A stretch of DNA of 64,000 nt from assembly GCA_051362555.1 (NCBI GenBank), contig CM120643.1:10664001-10728000 (forward strand), in the 5' to 3' direction. Positions 62,210 through 64,000 of the stretch are shown one piece after another. The stretch is from Lingula anatina. Taxonomy: Eukaryota > Animalia > Brachiopoda. Every line of letters starts with the position of its first letter. Position 1 is the first letter of the stretch. The notes beneath the pieces are model-generated. The model was not told the DNA's origin. It saw only the letters and a program-made list of their open reading frames with translations, and did not search any database. Position numbers and translations under genes: made by a program.

Positions 62210-63215
62210 GACACTGGGTGAGGTCAGAATTCCAGGTATGTTATGTGTTAGGTGTTGGTGTTACAGATATGTTACATTAATCAACAATTCTGACCTTTTA
62301 CTAAACACCAGTGAAACACCAATGTTAGTGTAGCAGATCTGTTGAAAACTACAGTTCCTGTAACAGACGGTGTTACACCAAACATCTCTGTTACATAAAA
62401 TGTTAAATAAATCAGAGCAAACTTTAAAATGTTACGCTTAAATTTTCAATTGCTTATCGGTTTCTACAGGGATCAACGAGGGGTTATCACAGAATTATTT
62501 TAGCTTATCTGCTTACGCTATTTAGCATGTCAGATATAAAACATTTGAATTCCTCTTAATTTTAGAAAGTTTAACCACCAAGTGTTACATCTTCAAGAGG
62601 TCAAGATTGAACATGTTAGTGTTAGGCTTCGTTCACATGCAATGTCTATTTTCTAAATTCTATTTTCTATTCGCGGCATGTGTTATGATCACGGTCTGTG
62701 CCCTGAATATCCCGCGGCGTAATTACTGGCAGCGCGAGCCAGTTACTATAAGTTACTATAAGTAACTGGCTCGCGCTGCCAGTAATTACAGGGCACAGAC
62801 CGTGATCATAACACATGCCGCGAATAGAAAATAGAATTTAGAAAATAGACATTGCATGTGAACGAAGCCTTAGTGTCATGGTAAAGAACAACATAAACTG
62901 TACATGTATAGTCAAAATGCAAACTGACCTGCTCGCTTCAAACTTGTACGTAGGCTCTCTCCAGTACACACATGTAAGTTGACTTGGGGATTCCCACTGT
63001 GCTATTCTTGCTGGTGTCACACACCAGGAAATGGGTCAACATGGGGCTATCAGCCTGTTAACAACATGCTGCAGCAGAATAGCGGGATGTTGACCACATG
63101 TCAACAGACTGTTTACCTGAACTCCATGTTTTCTTATTTGGGTTAACAGGAATGTTGACAGGTCTGTAACACTAACACCTAACATACCTGGAATTCTGAT
63201 CTCACCCACTGTGTC
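62210..63215. mobile_element. Older ~1-kb TIR element hosting a nested MITE
   Basis: 62210-62278 (gacactgggtgaggtcagaattccaggtatgtta...ggtgttggtgttacaga) is the reverse complement, with a few changes, of 63151-63215 (tctgtaacactaacacctaacatacctggaattctgatctcacccactgtgtc). No clear TSD. Confidence 0.7.
62625..62869. mobile_element. Palindromic PIF/Harbinger (Tourist-like) MITE with TTA target duplication
   Basis: Starts ggcttcgttcacatgcaatg, ends cattgcatgtgaacgaagcc; tta at 62622-62624 and 62870-62872. The arms are complementary over nearly the whole length apart from a ~14-nt left-arm bulge. Confidence 0.92.
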
Positions 63216-64000
63216 TTGACAGTCAGCTATCATTCTTTCTTTGAATACTGTAGCTTTCCAAATAGTCTGTATTTGTTTAGCAATTTGATGTGATGCAATT
63301 GTAGCAGTTTCAGGAGTGCACGTATTATACAATAATAAAGAAGATATCGTATGTGTACAGGGTCCTCAGTCTTTTCTACATTCATTAAGAATGATATAAT
63401 ACATGATCTCTATTCAAAGTAAGACGATGTGTCCTTCGTAATTATTTTTATTTGCACCTTCATGTTGGTTTATAGCTATAAAATCCACAATAATAATAAT
63501 AATCTTACACAGGATCTCATGTGCGTCAAGTAATTTTTCCTTTGGAAAGAAGCCTTTTTAAAAACGGAATTACTATCACAGGCACAATTTTATTCACTGG
63601 TTCTTCAATGGTGCTTAAAACTGATAAAATTAAATTTTATAGTTTCCACGTAGAACTAAATGTCTAGTAAAAATGACTACATTTAGAAAAAATATTTCAT
63701 AGTTGAGAAAATGAAAATTATTTGATCAATTGCATTTCTGCACAATTTGAAAGGTCTGAAGAAAAAGATGTTTACTCTAAATATTTTAAAATGACGAAAT
63801 ATATAAGAAAATATATATATTATTTGAATATAATTACACATTGCTTGAAATTTTGGAATTTAACTTCTATTTTTGAAGATTAAAAACATTCTGTACTGTT
63901 TAGATTATTGTTCAGTACATCTTCATTTGTTTCCTATTCTTTGTATGCTAAGATATTTTTAAAAACCAATTATTACCTCACTATAACAAGGAGATTCTGA

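Noticed and set aside
62930-63010. Pol III A-box-like TAGCACAGTGGG with a loose B-box on the minus strand (tRNA/SINE?)
   Set aside because: The B-box is poor (GTTTGAAGC), no cloverleaf can be drawn, and it lies inside a DNA-transposon relic.

Overview
AT-rich animal genomic DNA (invertebrate-like; species cannot be determined from the sequence) with many microsatellites. Two protein-coding genes lie head to head. (1) On the minus strand is a C2H2 zinc-finger gene. Its ORF starts at 1238 and runs off the left edge (7 fingers visible; the ORF track misses it because no stop codon falls in the window). An in-frame stop just upstream suggests the ~51 kb from 1.3 to 52.6 kb is introns plus non-coding/uORF exons and probable alternative first exons. 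(2) On the plus strand is a complete six-exon lysosomal phospholipase A2 group XV (PLA2G15, LCAT family) gene, 54738-60228, 416 aa, with an intact Ser/Asp/His triad. A CpG-rich divergent promoter zone lies between them. Non-autonomous DNA transposons include an inverted pair of TTAA-flanked MITEs 56 kb apart, three Harbinger-type MITEs (one a near-perfect 245-bp palindrome nested in an older TIR element) and a hAT-like MITE. The most interesting leads are the multi-promoter, uORF-laden leader of the zinc-finger gene (with a possible spliced ~141-aa upstream ORF), a 73-nt near-perfect intronic hairpin, a skew-inverted block of triplicated antisense exon-like units, and an MITF/TFEB-type E-box cluster in PLA2G15 intron 1. 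No rRNA, tRNA or CRISPR was found. Non-coding exon calls rest on splice motifs only and need RNA data.
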